Below, piece by piece: positions 63,801-64,000 of a DNA stretch of 64,000 bases. This stretch comes from Eledone cirrhosa. Lineage: Eukaryota. Each line of letters begins with the position of its first letter. Positions within the stretch are counted from its first letter, which is position 1. Below the pieces are notes generated by a model. That model was given only the letters and a program-made list of their open reading frames with translations. It was not told the DNA's origin and searched no databases. Location of the stretch: contig OZ024743.1 in the NCBI GenBank assembly GCA_964016885.1, positions 312,170,001-312,234,000 on the forward strand, written 5' to 3'. A program made the translations under genes and the position numbers.

Positions 63801-64000
63801 TTCACCCTTTTCTCCAGTTTGTATTTTATCTAGAGACTTCTTTCTCAACAAATTAGAAAGCTTTGATGATAATGAATGGTGAGATTCAGCCATTAGTTTA
63901 TCTTTCAGTGTTGTAGTATCATCGGGAAATTGTTTATCACAAAATTTTTCTCTAAAACTTGATAGTTTGGAATCATTTGGTGAAATCAGACTCTCACTAA
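50664..64000 (-). CDS. MLH3: DNA mismatch repair / meiotic crossover endonuclease MLH3, 3' portion (5' end beyond window)
   Basis: Frame-consistent exons give W.NPVF, GQVDKKFIAC, DQHAAHERVRLE (MutL DQHA-X2-E-X4-E endonuclease motif), VPSC..RE, SQACHSAIKFG and LPFQCAHGRPS. FQCAHGRPS and the giant upstream exon fit MLH3 rather than PMS2. Confidence 0.95.
51340..51408. repeat. (TA)n microsatellite, ~34 units
   Basis: Direct inspection. Confidence 0.97.
52156..52313 (-). CDS. MLH3: MLH3 exon (AIKFG...CKLPFQCAHGRPSMIPL...EES)
   Basis: ttctAG / GTaagt, phase 1/0; C-X-HGRP zinc-binding motif. Confidence 0.95.
52437..52580 (-). mobile_element. 5'-truncated SINE copy in an MLH3 intron
   Basis: Reverse complement of family body. 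Confidence 0.82.
52808..52886 (-). CDS. MLH3: MLH3 exon (FLQDTHGSRGSIPKTIHNVLCSQACH)
   Basis: ttttAG / GTaagt, 79 nt, phase 0/1. Confidence 0.93.
53846..53869 (-). CDS. MLH3: MLH3 24-nt microexon (ALIKEHID)
   Basis: tttttttcAG / GTaagt, phase 0/0; fills the gap corresponding to vertebrate EFIREQLE. Confidence 0.85.
54491..54618 (-). CDS. MLH3: MLH3 exon (GIEL...HTVPSCIAAREASERK...DLMQ)
   Basis: accAG / GTgagc, phase 1/0. Confidence 0.9.
54845..54985 (-). CDS. MLH3: MLH3 exon (EMYQTED...IVPPLILTFSDRE...FLQI)
   Basis: ttttcAG / GTtcgt, phase 1/1. Confidence 0.87.
55710..55998. repeat. 32-bp minisatellite, ~9 copies (TAGTATAACTTCCCTGTCAACTGTGTAGTGTG)
   Basis: Direct inspection; outer copies degenerate. 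Confidence 0.93.
56160..56231 (-). CDS. MLH3: MLH3 endonuclease-motif exon (HLIIVDQHAAHERVRLEQLTE)
   Basis: ttttAG / GTgaag, 72 nt, phase 1/1; diagnostic motif. Confidence 0.96.
57906..57972 (-). CDS. MLH3: MLH3 exon (TIGQVDKKFIACIVRPK...)
   Basis: ttccAG / GTaagt, phase 0/1. Confidence 0.92.
58062..58160 (-). CDS. MLH3: MLH3 exon (EILNVK...CQFTKTMLSQIE)
   Basis: tttcAG / GTgagc, 99 nt; FTK.M motif. Confidence 0.88.
58762..58900 (+). mobile_element. Third tRNA-headed SINE family (TTGAGCAAGA-ACTT central domain)
   Basis: TGGCTTAGTGGTTAGAGC..GAGTTCAATTC head followed by non-tRNA body; related copies at ~56968, 47190-47385(-), 8830-9010(-). Confidence 0.65.
59188..59246 (-). CDS. MLH3: MLH3 exon (DPVIELWNNWKNPVFQQPEK)
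   Basis: ctttAG / GTaatc, phase 1/0; W.NPVF motif. Confidence 0.88.
59310..59512. mobile_element. Mariner-like MITE
   Basis: TACGAGGGGTGTCTGAAAA ... TTTTCAGCTAACCCTTGTA imperfect TIRs; GGCTGACCAAGATACTCTCATGGAATGACCAAATGAG shared with 46773 copy. Confidence 0.75.
60989..64000 (-). CDS. MLH3: MLH3 giant exon (long Ser/Asn/Glu-rich linker), continues beyond window edge
   Basis: ORF-track 60915..63893 stays open upstream to base 64000; donor G|GTaaat at 60988, phase 1 matches next exon. Confidence 0.85.

Noticed and set aside
60915-63893. Stand-alone 992-aa gene starting at the ATG at 63893
   Set aside because: The frame is open to the window edge and a phase-compatible donor at 60988 links it to the MLH3 C-terminal exons

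Overview
This is AT-rich, repeat-dense eukaryotic genomic DNA with spliceosomal introns. The SINE/LINE/microsatellite landscape suggests a coleoid cephalopod (octopus-like); that assignment is an inference. Two convergent multi-exon genes can be rebuilt by hand. (1) Vezatin (VEZT) on the + strand has 13 coding exons from 7811 to the stop at 23873; the short first coding exon was not found. It contains a clear U12-type (minor spliceosome) GT-AG intron at 13948-14887. (2) The 3' part of the MutL-gamma mismatch-repair endonuclease MLH3 lies on the - strand, from a >3 kb exon running off the right edge, through the DQHAAHERVRLE, ACH and CAHGRP motifs and a 24-nt microexon, to a probable stop at 50664. 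Directly after that stop is a ~3.2 kb CAG/CTG-rich minisatellite. Between the genes are a ~5 kb extremely G/T-skewed low-complexity block with a 601-bp tandem duplication and a hAT/Charlie-like element carrying a 40-bp minisatellite. The window also has tRNA-derived SINEs (some with TSDs), RTE- and CR1-like LINE fragments, mariner- and TTAA-type MITEs, and many long inverted repeats. There is no CRISPR array, rRNA or bona fide tRNA gene, and I found no convincing new multi-gene system. Most ORF-track entries are spurious reads of repeats.
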